Source: Diadema antillarum (lineage: Eukaryota). From it: 64,000 nt of DNA. The translations under genes and the position numbers were made by a program. Positions 62,487-64,000 of the stretch are shown piece by piece (position 1 is the stretch's first letter; each line of letters starts with the position of its first letter). The stretch spans positions 5,642,001-5,706,000 of the forward strand of contig NW_027270917.1 of NCBI RefSeq assembly GCF_040938485.1, in the 5' to 3' direction. Under the pieces are notes generated by a model. That model did not search any database. It saw only the letters and a list, made by a program, of their open reading frames with translations, and was not told the origin of the DNA.

Positions 62487-62709
62487 AGTTGAATTGAATG
62501 AATGGAATTGAATTGATTTGTTGCGTAGCCAGTAAGCAAGCAACCACGGGACCGACGCGTCCCGTCACGTCACGTCCCGTCACGTCCCGTCACGACGGCT
62601 TAGTTAGCAATGAGAATAAAGTGCCTTGCCTATCAATGATAGTTGGCTGTCGAACCAGAGACCTCGTGATTGAAAGCCCGTTGTTTTATCCGCTGAGCCA
62701 CAACAGCTC
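62487..62709 (-). mobile_element. tRNA-derived SINE, second family
   Basis: Minus strand: A box TGGCTCAGCGG, B-box-like GGTTCGACAGC, GGCAAGGCACTTTATTCTCATTGC body, internal GTGACGGGAC repeats, (ATTCA)n tail. Confidence 0.75.
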
Positions 62710-62797
62710 TTCAACGGCTCCTCGATCAGTGAAGTGGAACGCCACATCACTTCTGGTGGCGCTGTTTTAAAGTGAGAAAATAACTGCTGTAATTTAA

Positions 62798-63191
62798 AAG
62801 GATGGTATAGTTTTGGTTTAGATGAGGATTTAGCATAAATAACTTTTTGCAAGATACTTGGGAACCACTTTATGAAATGTTAAAGAGCATACAATTCAAA
62901 AGGAATTCAAATTTATTTGATGAAAATCGCTTCTGAAAGGCTGAGGTATCCAAAAACCAAGTAAAACAAAGCGATCCTATAATAAAAGGTGGGTCCCACT
63001 TTTTATTAGAATCACTTTGTTTTGGATATCTCTGCCATTTCAAAATCAATTTTCCATTAAATAAACTTTAATTCCTCCTAAAATATGCTCTTTCATATTT
63101 CGTAGAAGATTTCTCATTATCGCAAAATATCATCTTTAAAAGAAACATTGGAAACCTCAAGCCCCATCTCAACCGAAACTACACCATCCCT
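62798..63191. mobile_element. Kolobok-like MITE family K, intact copy
   Basis: TTAA|AAGGATGGTATAGTTTTGGTT...AACCGAAACTACACCATCCCT|TTAA; almost the entire element is an imperfect palindrome. Confidence 0.88.
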
Positions 63192-63710
63192 TTAAACAGA
63201 ATGGAAAGGATATTTGTAGCTTGATAAGCATTCTCCCTTATCATTCATTTAGAATCCATTTCAAATGTACAATTGGATTACGATGTGAGTTTCCAGCCTT
63301 AGGGTGTTCTTGTTTGTTGTTTTGATAACCTGTTCTCGTAATACAAGGATGTGTGTCTGCCATTTGTCCCCATGTACATTATGCCAGTCTTTTTTTAGTT
63401 TTGGTCTGCTCAACTCTATTCTACAAGAATTTACATTTTTCACATAAAACGACGGCAGTATCCATTAGAACTACACGAGCAACTGGTCTAATGTAGGTAT
63501 TAAACAGAAACGAACGAAGTATGGAACAAGGGAACCGAACTAAAAGTCAACCGTATGGAGAAGAAAGTATGCGTGGACTTAGGTCTGTACCTGATGGCAT
63601 CATACATTGAAAAGTTGATGTGTTTGATTTAATAGGAAATATAGTCACAATAGCCAGGAAACCCGGTATTAAAGGGGGAAAAATGAGAATCACGTTGTCC
63701 ATTTACATAC

Positions 63711-63852
63711 AGTGGCGGATCCTTTTATCATTTGTTAAAACAAAAGAAATTAAAAGAAAAAAAATTGGGGGAGGTGCGCCCCGTTTGCCCCCCTCTTTAA
63801 TTTTGTAAAGGCGCCCCTCTTTACGGAATTCCTGGATCCCCCCCCCCCCCCC
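63711..63852. mobile_element. Degenerate CAGTGGCGGATCC-type MITE
   Basis: CAGTGGCGGATCC left end; GGATCC plus C-run right end; GCGCCCC motifs. Confidence 0.45.
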
Positions 63853-64000
63853 GACGTATAGCAATACACAGTGCCATGGGTGTCCCAATTGCACTACGAA
63901 TTACATAGTATAATGGCTGTCCCCCTAATGTGAATTATCGTAAATTTGCATTTTGTACAGACATAATCTCAGAAAAGACACACTCTTCGTGTACAGTTGA

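Noticed and set aside
1-64000. Autonomous transposase or nested protein-coding gene
   Set aside because: No ORF exceeds 155 aa, and none shows DDE, RT or other family motifs beyond FHOD and the short L2 end.

Overview
AT-rich animal genomic DNA, most likely an invertebrate deuterostome such as a sea urchin (inferred from a Deu-domain tRNA-SINE and the repeat landscape). The only recognisable protein-coding gene is the 5' part of a FHOD (FHOD1/FHOD3/Fhos-type) formin on the minus strand. Six coding exons (58845-58681, 43584-43484, 39774-39716, 16712-16645, 3670-3565, 2854-2760) have canonical GT-AG sites and compatible phases. They splice into 594 nt / 198 aa of the N-terminal GBD/FH3 region; the gene continues beyond position 1. 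The introns and upstream region hold many non-autonomous DNA transposons (PIF/Harbinger-, Kolobok-, pogo/Tigger-, piggyBac- and hAT-like MITEs), two tRNA-SINEs, LINE 3' ends, microsatellites, one 223-N gap and several CpG-rich putative regulatory islands. I see no autonomous transposase, CRISPR array, genuine RNA gene or clearly novel multi-gene system. The best leads are an out-of-frame uORF overlapping the FHOD start, an inverted MITE pair able to form long dsRNA, a candidate micro-/poison exon, MITEs with 5- and 6-bp flanking repeats, a CRE pair upstream of the gene, and enrichment of TACATGTA/TAGGCCTA palindromes. All comparisons with known proteins and repeat families are from memory, not from searches.
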